Below, piece after piece: positions 26,870 to 39,646 of a stretch of DNA of 64,000 nucleotides. A model generated the notes under the pieces. The model was given only the letters and a program-made list of their open reading frames with translations, was not told the DNA's origin and searched no databases. The position numbers were made by a program, and so were the translations under genes. Numbering within the stretch: the first letter of the stretch is position 1; each line of letters starts with the position of its first letter. The stretch comes from Octopus vulgaris (lineage: Eukaryota), in contig OX597822.1 in NCBI GenBank assembly GCA_951406725.2, forward strand, positions 46,190,001 to 46,254,000, given 5' to 3'.

Positions 26870-27290
26870 TAACCATGGCACCTTTCCCAACATCTGAACA
26901 GATTGGAATACTTGCTCTTTCACCTTTTGAGAAAAGAACACTGGTCAGAAGTTCCATCTGCTGCAAATGCCCAGCCTAAGAAGTCCTTAAGGTGCTATGG
27001 CTGATGATGTGCAAGCAAGTACTGAGGCAGACAAATCTGCAAATATCCCTGGACACCGATCTTAACGTACAAGTGTAGTCGTTGTTTTTATAACAAATCA
27101 TTCTGCAATGTTTCTGCTTGATTGAACTACAGTTCAATGTCAGGCACAGATCATCTGGAAAGTTATCAGGCAATATTCCTGCACTCCATTCACTGGACAA
27201 TACGATTGGTGGAATATAGATCTTTGCATTATACAGAGGGGTTAATGAAGAATATGAAAGATGATGACCTGGGAACAATGCCAGGAATCA
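26870..27290 (-). pseudogene. Very decayed CR1-like RT fragment
   Basis: Weak remnants (SSFIFFIN; KSKYSNLFRCW) with many stops. Confidence 0.25.
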
Positions 27291-28689
27291 ATAAAGGTAG
27301 CCTGAATTGTGTCTTTTATTGCAACTGTTGCACCAGTGACCAGTTTCATACAAGACAATTTTCCCAGTGAAATACGCACATAACAAAACAGAATAAAGTG
27401 CATAATACACAATTTAACTATTAAATATATAATATGTATATATTACATACATAATACTATATATATTGCAAAAACACCCTGCAGACTATCATAGTCAATG
27501 AAATAGAAATGAAATTTTAAAATTTATTCTTTCTATGTGACCCAATAGCAAATGGTCCACGGTTAGGCATTGGTGTGTGGCCCTATGGTTAGAGAACTGG
27601 TGTAGCTATGATTGAGGCTGGAGTTGGGGGTTTTACCTATTCAAGATAAATTCTATGGCTGTGCTACAGCTGCCAGAAACAGAAGCTGCCTAACATTCGT
27701 GCAGTGTGATTAAACCATCTGGTATGCACCAGTTCAGAGGCCATTCATTGCTAAATGGTGGACTTATGTCAGGCAGCTGTTATTTGGGTAGGTTGGATGT
27801 AGTGCTCAGTCACATAGATTCTGAGATTAACCAACTATTTTCTTTCAGTAAGGAAGAGCAGGTAGTTTTCTTTCTCTGGTGATATCTATGGTAAATGATG
27901 GTGTGTGTGTGGTTGAAAGGCTTGCAAATTTTACACTAAAGCCAAACTCTCATCAACTTCATTTAGTAGCAATTGACTGGAAAAGCAGGATGTAATTGAT
28001 GAGGGTCAAACATATGAGGAAACAATGAAATCAGTCTTTTCAATCTTGTCCAGTATACAATTACCAAGGCCATTAGAAAGAAGAAAATTGCCTGCCCTTC
28101 CTAGGTAAGAAAATCCTCAAGGTGGATTCAGTTAGTAGTCAGATTAATTCCACATGTGAGAACAGCTGTTCAACATAACTCTACTAATCAACAATAGTCA
28201 AACACTCAACAAGAATGTGAAAAATTTCTTTAATGCTATAAGGGTTTTGAAAGAACAGGCATTTCAAAAACAAAAAGACTGATTGTTACATAAGTTATAA
28301 TAAAAATTACAAATGCAAAATTATAATAATATAAGATGGACGGGTGGTTGTTGATGGCATCAAAGCATTTATAAAATAGTTATACATAAGTGACTATAAA
28401 TATTAAGCAGAAAAACAGGAAAATTAGGGAAGCAAAAGTTAATAGTAATTCTTCATAGATAGGTATATATCTTGAAAGTTCATGCTCTAATATCACAGAT
28501 AAGAGAAGATCCAAGTAGTCCTTTGTAATGGTTTTCCATGGATAGGAAGTAAATGTCTGGAGAGTTTATAATCGAACTTCTGTTATGATATAAATACAAG
28601 ATATCCTAAATGTTGTACAACCACACAGACTTCAATATAAAGGTAAACGCTTTTCCCCCACTGCCAATTGATATTTGAAACTCAGGAGT

Positions 28690-29100
28690 CAACCCATCCA
28701 TCTACATAGCACTTGCAATTCTCATTTGCCCTTTCCTAAAATTTACTGCAGATCCGAATGTTTCTCTCCACCTGTCACCTTCAAATGATATGGGAAGAAG
28801 ATGAAAAATTTGCTTTAATGGATGAAATTCAAACTCAAACTTTCCAGTATCATTTGCCATACCACCTCATGAGCCACAGTTACATGACACAAAAATACTG
28901 CCTGACCTATCTTGCTAAAGGAAGACAGAGTCTGAAGTGTGGCTATAAAACTAATGGACAAATAGATTCAGTTTTCAAACTGATGTAGGTTGACAGGGAA
29001 GGCAGTTGCAGATGGGTACTGTCAGTGTAAAGGACCGTTTTATTTGCCACACTATATTACAGATACATCCTGCTTTTCCGACTACTTCACTTGTACAATG
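28690..29100 (-). pseudogene. L1/Tx1-like ORF2 C-terminal fragment
   Basis: SSFSKIGQAVFLCHVTVAHEVVWQMILESL...FFPYHLK resembles the Tx1-type post-zinc-knuckle region; contains stops. Confidence 0.5.
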
Positions 29101-30177
29101 TGTTATAAACAGGAACCTTGATGGTACCGCCAGGACAAGAACTTCTGCAATTGATCAACATGGCTCCATCTGAAAGCATTCCAAAAGGATCTGCTTCAAG
29201 TTTCTTTGATAGTGACCAGTGTAAATTCCAAACATCAACACCACAAATGTCCTCCAATTACCCTATGTACAATGTGAGGATCCTTTTCCCCATCTGGCGG
29301 AGTGCTGTAAGCACATAAAAAAACCCTAACTGTCAAACAATTATTCTTTGTCAATGTTTTATCACACTATAATATCATTGCATGTATGTACATCAGTAAA
29401 GTGGAGACATCAAAACTTTCTGTTGAGTGAAAATGTTAGTCTTTGCCCTTACATAATGTAACACAGTGATAGATTCAATCAACCACATTTTACTAATATT
29501 GTTTAATTTATTTCATCTTTAACTTTTACTTTGACAAACTTTTGTCAAAATACACTACTGTTTTTCCAATTAATCTTGAAAATAATGAATAATTTAGTAA
29601 TTACAGCATGGCAGACATGAGTTGGACATTCAGAAACACACAAAGGCTATTAACTTCACTTAAACATTTAATTGCAATAACGGGGTCAAAATTTTTGTCA
29701 CTCAAAACTGCAAATTGGTCACTAACAAAAAATGTTTCTGCATCATTTGTCGTTATTAAGTTGGTGTCTGGGACATAAATTCACTTGAATATTTTAAAGA
29801 AAGTATTAATTTAGATAACTTTAAAACAGGAGTGTATATCGTTGAATCAGGGATGGTCTGAGTGACAGGTCCAAAAGGCTAAGCAGCTTCCAAATTCCAG
29901 AATAAAGTACCATTTACATAGTTTGGAACTACTGTTAATTACCACATATATAGAATACCTCACCACAAGACAACCTAAGTTCAAATGCAACAATTTTGCA
30001 ATCCTTGCCAAAATGCTACTAAACAGCATAACAGATCCCCAAATAATCAACGACAAAATTCTTTGAAGAGATTTTGAACATAAATTGGTAGGAAGCAACA
30101 CATCAAAAGTCAAAGAAGGATCGGAATTTGAGACATATAAAGAAAAAGTAAATTATAAAATGTTTGCGTCTACTCAC

Positions 30178-30254
30178 CCTGCTCCCCAAGAAGCGAGCTT
30201 CTAGTAATTCTTGCTTCCGAGGATCCAGGCTTTGTAAATTATCCATAGAGAAGG
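30178..30254 (-). CDS. TLK: Coding exon of Tousled-like kinase (N-terminal LDPRKQELLEARF exon)
   Basis: Minus strand reads ttttcag|cc ttc tct ATG gat aat...ggg agc agg|gtgagt, with a canonical acceptor and GTGAGT donor. It translates to FSMDNLQSLDPRKQELLEARFLGSR, matching the TLK1/2 N-terminal motif MDELHSLDPRRQELLEARF. ATG at 30246-30244; 5' phase 1, 3' phase 0. Confidence 0.92.
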
Positions 30255-30305
30255 CTGAAAACAACAACAACAACAACAATAAATAATAATAACAATAACA
30301 ACAGC

Positions 30306-30337
<32 letters not shown>

Positions 30338-30338
<1 letters not shown>

Positions 30339-30647
30339 CCTTTCTATTATAGTCACAAGGCATGAAATTTTGGGAGAGTACTCATTTTATCCAAAAGGAT
30401 GAAAAGTAAAGTTAACCTTGAAGGAAATAACAATAATAATAATTTTTATTACTAAAAGAACAAGGCATGAAATTTTGGTGGGAGAGACTAGTCAATTACA
30501 TCAACCCCAGTTTTTCACAAGTACTTAATTAATCAACACAAAAAGGATAAATGTAAAGTCAACCTTGGCAGAATTTGAACCCAGAATGTAGAGATGGACA
30601 AAATACCACTAAGCCTGGTGTGTTAATGATTCTGCCAGCTCACCACC

Positions 30648-30695
<48 letters not shown>

Positions 30696-30940
30696 GTTTC
30701 AAATTTTAGCACAAGGGTAGCAATTTTGGAGGAAGGGATAAGTTAATTACATCAATCCTAGTGGACTTTGGTGGAGTCTGAACTCATAATGTAAAGACAG
30801 GATGAAATACCATTAAGCATGTTACTCAACACATTTACAATTCTGCCAGCGTGCTACCTTAATAATAATAATAATAATAATAATAATGTTTCTAAGATAA
30901 GAACAAGACCTGAAGTGGGGAGGCAGGGATAGTTGATTGA
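30338..30940 (-). mobile_element. Stack of four SINE family C copies separated by (AAT)n
   Basis: Repeated acaagg..gaaattttgg...aaaggatgaaa..aaagtcaacct..gcagaatttgaac...ttctgccagc units starting near 30338, 30443, 30694 and 30888. Confidence 0.8.
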
Positions 30941-30949
30941 TGCTTTAGC

Positions 30950-31568
30950 ATTCATTGGTTGGACAGTTCGACCAGGGCTGGAAAGCTGCACTAGACTCCA
31001 GTCTGATTTGGCATGGTTTCTATGGCTGGATGCCCTTCCTAATGCCAACTACTCCGAGAGTATCTGCCACAACTGCAAGTTTGCTCAGCTTGATGGGTCT
31101 TCTTCTCAAGCATGACAATAATACCAAAGGTCTCGGTTATTGCCTCCATGAGACCGAACACTTGAAAAGAGCGCAGTCACTTTGCCTCCGTGAGGCCCAA
31201 TGCTTGAAAGGTGCTTTTTACGTGCCACCAACACGGGTGCTAGTTATGTAACACCAGCATCAACCACAACTACAATTTCATTTGGCTAGGCAGGTCTTCT
31301 CAAGCACAGCATATTGCCAAAGGTTTTGGTCACTAGTCACTGCCTCTGTGAGGCCAAAAGTTCAAAGATCATGCTTCACCACTTTGTTCCATGTCTTCCT
31401 GGGTCTACCTCTACCACAGGTTCCCTCCACAGTTAGAATTTGGCACGTCTTTACACAGTTGCCTTCATCCATATGCATCACATGACCATACCAATACAGT
31501 CGTCTCTCTTGCACACCACAACTGATGCCTCTTATGCCTAACTTTTCTTAAAAGATGCTTACACTCTT
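30950..31568 (-). mobile_element. 5'-truncated RTE-clade LINE
   Basis: 31278-31568 translates to EKLGIRGISCGVQERRLYWYGHVMHMDEGNCVKTCQILTVEGTCGRGRPRKTWNKVVKHDL*TFGLTEAVTSDQNLWQYAVLEKTCLAK*; the 3' UTR follows. Confidence 0.9.
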
Positions 31569-31577
31569 GAAATAACA

Positions 31578-31757
31578 CTTATTTGTTTTGAATTACTCAT
31601 GCATTATCTTGTAGCTTTGAGATATTGATGAAGTAACTATTAACTTTTTAGAATGACATTGTAGAGTAGGTGTGAGAAGCTGGGTCTGTCCAGTCTGAGC
31701 ATAAAACAGGTTGAATGTTTTGGCTGGATATGGTCTGTTTAAGTGCTAAAGTGTTAA
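31578..31757 (-). mobile_element. Partial piggyBac-like MITE (60669 family)
   Basis: Ends gtgctaaagtg-ttaa; body colinear with 3990-4158. Confidence 0.65.
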
Positions 31758-32214
31758 ATTAACTCCAGTATTTGACTGGTACTTTAATTTATCAAACTAC
31801 ATGAAAGCAAAGATAACATTTAATACAAAAAAAAAAAAGAAAAATGAAAATATTTTATTAAATTCTTTTAATTAAGGAAATTCTTAGTCTTTAATCACAA
31901 AAGTTAAATAAACATCTTAATTATAAGACTGAAACCTTAAAATGTTGTTTGGTTCCACAATGACTGGGAAAAAATGCTGAATAAATAAACGAAAACTTTG
32001 ACAAAGTAGAAGTACTCGTCCAATAGACATTTCAAAGAAAACAGTATTAGGATACAAAGGCACATATCTGGCTGTGTGGCAAGAAGCTTGCTTTCCAATC
32101 ATAGACTTTCAAGTTCAGTCCACAGAGTGGTACCATGGCCAAGTGTCTTCTACTATAGCCCTGGCCAACCAAAGCCTTGTAAGTGAACTTCTTACATAAG
32201 ATCTGAAAGAAGTC

Positions 32215-32264
<50 letters not shown>

Positions 32265-33364
32265 CATACACACACAAGAAAACAAGATAATAAAGGAATA
32301 AATAATTATCTTATGACCTTCATTAGCTAATGAAGTTCAAAAGATAATTGTTTATTCCTTCATTATCTCGTTTTCTCATTACTGCTCTTTACTCAATAGA
32401 CGCTTCATTCTGAAGTATATGTACATCGAGTATTGAGTTCTACACCAAGTTATAAATACCACAATGCCTACAAAAAAATGTGTGTGTATGTGTGTGTGTA
32501 CATTGCTGTCTCCGCCCTTTGACATAGTGTGATAGTGGTAAACGAGCATCACCATCATGTAAGGAGTGTCCTTCATTTCCAAGTCTTGGAAATAGGCAAG
32601 GCTGGCAACATGAAGTGCATCCAGCTGTTAAAAACCTATCATAACAAATTCTGTCCACCCATGCAAACATGGAAGAGTGGACATCGAATGATGATGATGA
32701 TGATGATGATGATGACGACAATGACAATGATGATGATATACATTATATATGTGATGTATATGTTATATATTTGAAAACACATAGTCAACAGGTTGCTTAG
32801 CTCATAATCATGGGTTCGTGTCACAAATCAGGCAACATATTTTGTCCTTGAGCAAGGAACTTCCCTTTGCATGACAGCAGTCTACTCAGTCATAATGACT
32901 TACTAACTAGGTTCCAGTGCAGCCTTCTTCTCCTCTAGATGTCACATTCTGGATGTTCCACTGAGTCAAGGGTAAGTGGGAAGGGGGACAAGCTGGTCAC
33001 TATGCCTGTTCAAGATTACATGACAGTATTGACCAGACTATCAGATGATGTTATACATCACTGGCCACAATGCACTTTGCATCATTTGTTAGCTTTCAAG
33101 TGATGCTACTCCACTGGCTAGATGAGCAGACTAACATTTTCCCCTGGATAGGAAGCTAGTCCATTACAGGGTGACTCATTTACAGTTGAGTGGACTGGAC
33201 CAACATAAGATGAAGTGTTTTGCTCAAGAACACAATGTACTACCTGGTCCAGGAATCGATTCATTCAACTAAAACTCTTTCAAGTCAGTGCCCCAGCATG
33301 GCCACAGTCCAATGACTGAAACAAATAGAAGGTAAAAAGATGGCATGAAGGTAATCCTTAAAAA

Positions 33365-33999
33365 GGTAAAGTTACCTTTTCATGTCATACCAATTCACAA
33401 AGGCTAGGTTCCTGTTTTCATGGCGTATATATTCCCCACCTGGACAGGATGCCAGTCCATCAACAGAGTTATTCACTATTGCCAGCTGAGTGGACTGCAG
33501 CAACATGAAATGAAGTGTTTTCTCAAGAACACAACACGTAACCCAATCCAGGAACTGAAACCATGAACTTCCGATCATGAGTCCAATACCCTTGTAGACA
33601 ATTACCCCCCTTGAAACCAGTTGTCTCATCCATTCTCCACTGGATGGTGCACGTCATGGTGTTGCATTGTGGAAGAATTAAATCTATAGCTCTTGGACAG
33701 CACAATCAAAGTGATTACACATATTTTCTTACTGCTGCGATTCCAAGTGACATAACGGTCAAACATAACCACCTTTTATGTATATGAATATGAATGCTCA
33801 GAAACAGCCTTTATCTCTTTCTATACAAATACTGTAATTTGCACACAGTACCAAGATTAAAACAACTTACGACCATATTTGCAAATTCTTATTGTTTTTT
33901 TTATTCTTGTGTTTGGAGAATGTCTATCTTCTACATTTCAGCTTTCTTTGTTAGGAGCAAAAGTTCCTAAACCCTAACCACTAAGCCACGCACCTCCAC
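33365..33999 (-). mobile_element. CORE-like SINE interrupted by an unclassified 378-bp insertion
   Basis: SINE sequence stops at gtccaataccct (33592) and resumes at accctaaccactaagcc (33971). Confidence 0.65.
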
Positions 34000-34429
34000 T
34001 CTTACGATCATGGCTTCAGTACCCTAACACAGGCAATTCTTCTTCATAGTCCAAGTCTTAATTCCATAGAGAATAATTTTCTCCACACAAGCTCATCTAA
34101 CTTGAAATATACCTGACTGAAGGAAATTTTGAAGCTTGTTATAGGCAGTCCAGGTTAGTCACTTCCATGTTAGGAAGTTTACCTTACTATCAGTAAAATA
34201 CAACACATGGTTATTATTATTAAAGCAATGAGATGGCAGAATTATTAGCACATCAGTCACAATGCCTAGAGGCATTTCTTCCAGCTTTACATTCTGGGTT
34301 CAAATTCTGCAGAGGTTGAGTTTGCAATTCAGGATTGATAAAATAAAAAGCAGTCAAGTGCTGGGGCCAATGCAATCTACTACTCCCTCTTCCCACAAAA
34401 TTTCAGGTCTTGTATGTTACAAAAGATTA

Positions 34430-34803
34430 TTATCTCTACCTTAGCAAAGGCGGAGGTATTGTTTCTAGTTGCGTTTGTTTGTTTGTTTGTCCGTGAACAA
34501 GATATCTCAAGAACCACTGGATGGATTCGGATGAAACTTTTGGGGATGGTTGACCTCGTGACTGGCATGAACTGATTAGATTTTGGGATCGATCTGGTTG
34601 GTACCAGACAAGGATTCTGGATTATTTTTCCTGTTTTTTTTTACTTAATTTTTGAGAGCAGTCGGGTTAATTTTTAGTATTCTCGTTTGTGAGAGCAGTC
34701 AAGTTTATTTTAGATATTTTCATTTTAAACATCATCTCTGGCTAATCGTTGAGAGGATGTTGGTGTTGCCTTGGCAGAGGTTTACGCTGAGTGCTCTTCT
34801 TAT
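34430..34803 (+). mobile_element. Helentron-associated HINE/DINE-1-like non-autonomous element
   Basis: 5' ctctacc..ggcggagg hairpin, (GTTT)n tract, ggatggattcggatgaaactt core, 3' subTIR ggcagagg plus terminal gctgagtgctcttct; T-rich flanks, no TSD. Confidence 0.8.
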
Positions 34804-35021
34804 TTTTATTATTATATTAGAAACCATCATTATATTTATCATCATCAACAGTAGCATCATTATCATCATCATCAACATCTTTATTAGTGATGGAGGATTG
34901 GTAGAATCATTAGGATTAAAAGTATCAGTCAAGTACTGGGGTCAATGTTATTAACTTGACACTTCCTTCAAAATTTCTTACTTCATGCGTAAATAGGAAA
35001 CCAAATGTTGTTATTAAACTG

Positions 35022-35432
35022 AAGGTGGTGAGCTGGCAGAATCATTAGCATGCCGGGAAAGATGCTTAGCAGTGTTTCACCTGTTTTCACAGTCTAAGTT
35101 CAAATTCCACCAAGGTCGACTTTACCATTCATCCTTTCAGGGTTGATAAAATAAGTACCAGTGAAACACTGGGGGTCAATGTGATCAACTTACCCCTCCC
35201 CAAACATGTCAGGCCTTGTGACTATTGTAGAAAGGATTATTAACCTGGCAGAAATGTTACTGCACTGGAGAAAATGCTGAGCAGGATTTCTTTTGGCACT
35301 TTACGTTCTGAGTTCAAATTCCACCAAGGTCAACTGTGCCTTTCATACTTTCAAGTTTGAGAAAATAAGTACCAGTTGAGCACTGGGGTCAATGAAATTG
35401 ACTTACTCCCTCCCTTGAAATTGCTGAAACCA
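35022..35432 (+). mobile_element. Two tandem SINE family C copies
   Basis: aaggtggtgagctggcagaatc head, B-box-like agttcaaattcc, central gtcgacttt..ttcatcctttc..gataaaataagtaccag, tail ggccttgtg..gtagaaaggattatt. Confidence 0.85.
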
Positions 35433-36402
35433 ATATGTATTGTTTTAGTTGTTATAAATTGATAATAAAGTAATCATGTTGAACAAATTGACCACAGTAC
35501 TTATTTCTATATTCTCAGCCTCTTTTGTAAAGTTGCTAAGTTAAAGAGGACATAAACAAACCAATATCACTCAAGTCAAGTGGTAGGAGGAGAGACAAAC
35601 ACAGATACAATGACACAGTCTCACACACACACACACACACATAAAGGGCTTCCCCACTGTTTCCATTGACCAAATTCTCACAAGGCATTGGTCAGTCTGG
35701 AGCTATAGTAGAAAACACTTGCCCAAGGTGCTATGCAGTAAGACTAAACCATTTTATTGTCTCTTTTTTTCTTTTCTTTTCTTTTTTTTTTTTGCAGTAT
35801 ACATCTGTTCAATGAAAACTAAACTGGAGCTTAACATACACAACAGAAACACATACATACAAACACACACACACAGAGTCAAACATGCTTCCTAAGTTCA
35901 AATGTACCTTGTTAAGCATTTTTCCAGAAACTGGAGCCTTAATGAAATAATTACTGAATTGAGACCCAAGATGGCAGAGTTCAAACTAATCAATGTGGAA
36001 CTCTGATGCTACAGACTAGCTTTTATAGAACAAAGAAGCAAGGGAGAAAACGGAAGGAGAAACAGACTGACACAACACACAGCAATAAAGACTAAATTAC
36101 GTCAGTGTGTTGCATTTACCAACGACATGTTAATCAACAATTTATATGCAGTTATTGATAGACTCCTGCAATTAATTAGTCTGTTCTTATCATTAATTTT
36201 TATCATGTGTCCACACCACTATGATCTATCTCTCTCGAGCCACCATCACACCTCTCTACAACTCTGATTAATCTCTGGTTTAGCTTCCCTCAACTATCAT
36301 CACATATCCAGACTACCATGGCTTATCTCAACTCTAGCTAATATACACTACCAACACATGTTCATAACACTATGACCTAGCTCTGTTCTAGAGACCATAT
36401 AT

Positions 36403-37037
36403 CACCATTCTGATTTGTGCATTCCCCCCTCAACATATCCAAACCACTACCACACACCCAGTGACCAACCTTCATTCTAACCAGCCTATACTACAATCAC
36501 ACATCCATACTGCTATTGTATACTCATATCACCACCATCAGTGACCTCCACTCTAGCTGTCATGTACAAGCGTCAAACAACACTACAGCAATCAACCACT
36601 GCCACCACCACTACCATCATCATATTGATTGATTTTCAAGTCCCTCTTCTCTCCACTATTCTGATTTGTGCATGTCTCCCTCAACATATCCAGACCACCA
36701 CTACACACAACCTATGACCAGCCTTTATTCTAACCAGCCTATACTACAATCACACATCCATACTGCTATTGTATACTTATATCACCACCATCAGTGACCT
36801 CCACTCTAGCTGTCATGTACAAGTGTCAAACAACACTACAGCAATCAACCACTGCCACTACCATCATCATGTTGATTGATTTTCAAGTCCGGCTTTTCTC
36901 CACCATTCTGATTTGTGCATGTCTCTCTCAATATATCCAGACCACCACCACACACAACCTATGACCAGCCTTTATTCTAACCATCCTATACTACAATCAC
37001 ACACCCATACTGCTATTGTATACTTAGATCACCACCA
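36403..37037. repeat. Tandem repeat, ~249-bp unit x ~2.5
   Basis: cacYattctgatttgtgcat anchors at 36403, 36654 and 36901; units mildly diverged. Confidence 0.92.
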
Positions 37038-37994
37038 GTCCAGTCAACTGTAAATGAGTAACCCAGTGACAGACTAGGCCTCCCGTTCTGGGGGAATTCC
37101 TGTGATCTCAGTTACTTGTATGCCATGGAAACCAGGCAATCAGCTCTATGAGGAGTTAATGATAATGACAGTGACACATTTTTTCTCCCTCCCAACTTAC
37201 CAAAACCCTTAAGTGCACACTTACAAACGAGAAACAAATGAAAACAGCAAATGATCGCAAAGAGGATGAGCAAAGGGATGATGATTAGGACAGACAGAGT
37301 TTGGTGTCAACGTGCGCATCAAAATTTCCAACCAAAGTTCCACAGTCATTTGACCTGTGATAAGCAGCAAATCTTCCTCAAATTACACCAAACTATTTGA
37401 AAACAAAAAGATCACACCGGATAATGGAGTAGAGTAGTAGAGTGTATACAGTTGCAGGAGACAAGGATTATGAATTGAATGTTCTTTGATCATGAGCCTA
37501 CTTGATCAGGGACGACGTGAGGCTCATCAACAACAACAACTACTACTACTATAAATGTAGTCTCTACACCATATTATAATACTTCAACAAGATCTTGTCT
37601 TGCTCACACTAGCTCTATCTTGCATCTACTGCAGCACATTTTGATAATGTAATCCTAGATATACTATCCAGAAAGAAAAAAAACAAAACCAAAAAAAAGC
37701 ATAAGATAGTCATAACTAGACTATATCTGATCTGATTGGATCAGAGCTGACTGCAGCAGCACGTTTAACTGTTTCAACATCCCCACCTCTTAACAGACAT
37801 TCTCCTCCAACACTGAAATTTAGCTGAAATACTACTATTTAAGAAGTTCATAATTATTAACAAGGAGACCGCTCCACTTGAATTATCGTATGTCTCCTCT
37901 GAATCTAGACTATACAGACACCAGCTGCTCAATCTATTATGAAGAAGAAAGAAAATCAATCCATAAACAGTTGATATAGAAATGGTAAGTTTAA

Positions 37995-38640
37995 AGCATC
38001 AATTCATAGTTGATACTTGTCATTAACCCAGTGCCAGTTCAAGGTACTGTTTCATAGCATAAATTCATAATACCAGTTCATAGTGTCAAATATGACAATA
38101 GCTAAGCATCAGTTCATAATGACAGCATATAATGTCAAAGCAGTCATTTAGCTAGGGAATACTCCATAGTGTCAAAAATGTCATTAAACTAGGCAACATT
38201 TCATAGTGCCACATGTGCTAGGCACCAGTTCATTGTTTCCAAATGCATCATTAACTTTGCACTTATTTATAAAGCTAGTTCATAATGTCAAACATACTGG
38301 TAATTAGACAACATTTTATAGTATCAAACATGACATTAGCCAGTTCACAGCATGAGTACAGTGTCAAACCTGTTATTAAGATAGATAACACTTCACGGTG
38401 TCAAAGATGTCAGCTAGGTGCATCAAATATGTCATTAGCTAGACCCCAGTTCATAATGTCAATACACAGTGTCAAACCTGTCGTTATGTTAGGCAACAGG
38501 TCATAGAGACAACATATCAGCTAAGCACCTGTTCATAACTCCAGTCCACACTGTCAAACAAAATTTACTAAACAGCAATGTCTTGAGTATTTATTCATAA
38601 TGCCAGTTCAGTGTCACACGTAATTAACTAGACTTTAGTT
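37995..38640. repeat. Cryptic degenerate ~36-bp minisatellite
   Basis: Recurrent approximate consensus cagttcatagtgtcaaacatgtcattagctaggcac. Confidence 0.65.
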
Positions 38641-39261
38641 ACAATAGTGCTTCTCAAACCTTTTCAAACCCAAACTTTTTTCTTTTACTAACACATTTTC
38701 AAGGTCTCCTTCCTACAATACAAGGCCCCACCATATTTAATGAACATGGCACAGGTGTATAATAATAAGTTTTCTACCCAACTACATGATTTCAGTTTCA
38801 ATCCCATGGAGTGACACCTCGGGCAAGTGTCTTCTACTGTGGGCCCCAAATCGACCAAAGCCTTATGAATGGATTTGGTAGACAGAAACTGAATGAAGCA
38901 CATTGCATATGTGTTCATAAATACATAGATACATATATCGTCACCATCATCATGTAATGTCAGCTTTTCATGCATAGGTTAGCTGGTTTGACTGGAACTA
39001 GTAAGCCAGAGAGCTACACCAGGTTCCAGTCTGATTTGGCATCGTTTCTTTAGCTGGATGCACATCCTAATGCCAACCACTCCAAGAGTGTAATGGGCGC
39101 CATTTACATGCCACTGGCACAGGTATCATTTACATGACACCAGCAACAGCCACGACTACAATTTCATGAGCGCCATTTACAGGACACTGGCAATGACCAT
39201 GGCTATGGTTTCACAAGGCAGACACACATTACATAACATGAATGAATGGATAGATAAATGG

Positions 39262-39292
<31 letters not shown>

Positions 39293-39646
39293 AGCCTTGA
39301 CATCACGTGATACTTGTAAAGAAGTGCGACCATCATGCAAATGACATTCTTCATTTCCAATCTTCTGTGAAAACATCTGATCATGGGAAAATATTACCTT
39401 GTATGAAAACAGGTGAGGATTAATGACAGGAAGGGCATCCAGCCAAAGAAAATCTGCCTCAACAAATTCTACCTTATTTATGTAAGCGTGGAAAAGTGGT
39501 CTTTGAAGTGATTATGATGACAATGTTAATATCAGGCCACAGTAATTTAGTTCTGGGTACTAGTTTGATGTGGGTGACTTCTTACCATATCTCATGCTAT
39601 TAAGAGTAAATTTTTGATATGATAGTTATTGACCTAGTCTTTAGCA

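Noticed and set aside
29340-29356. DKE-like motif as the next TLK exon
   Set aside because: Immediately followed by a stop codon, with no splice signals or further similarity.
30103-30363. 86-aa ORF as a complete gene
   Set aside because: Only 30178-30254 is bounded by splice sites and conserved; the rest is microsatellite and intron.
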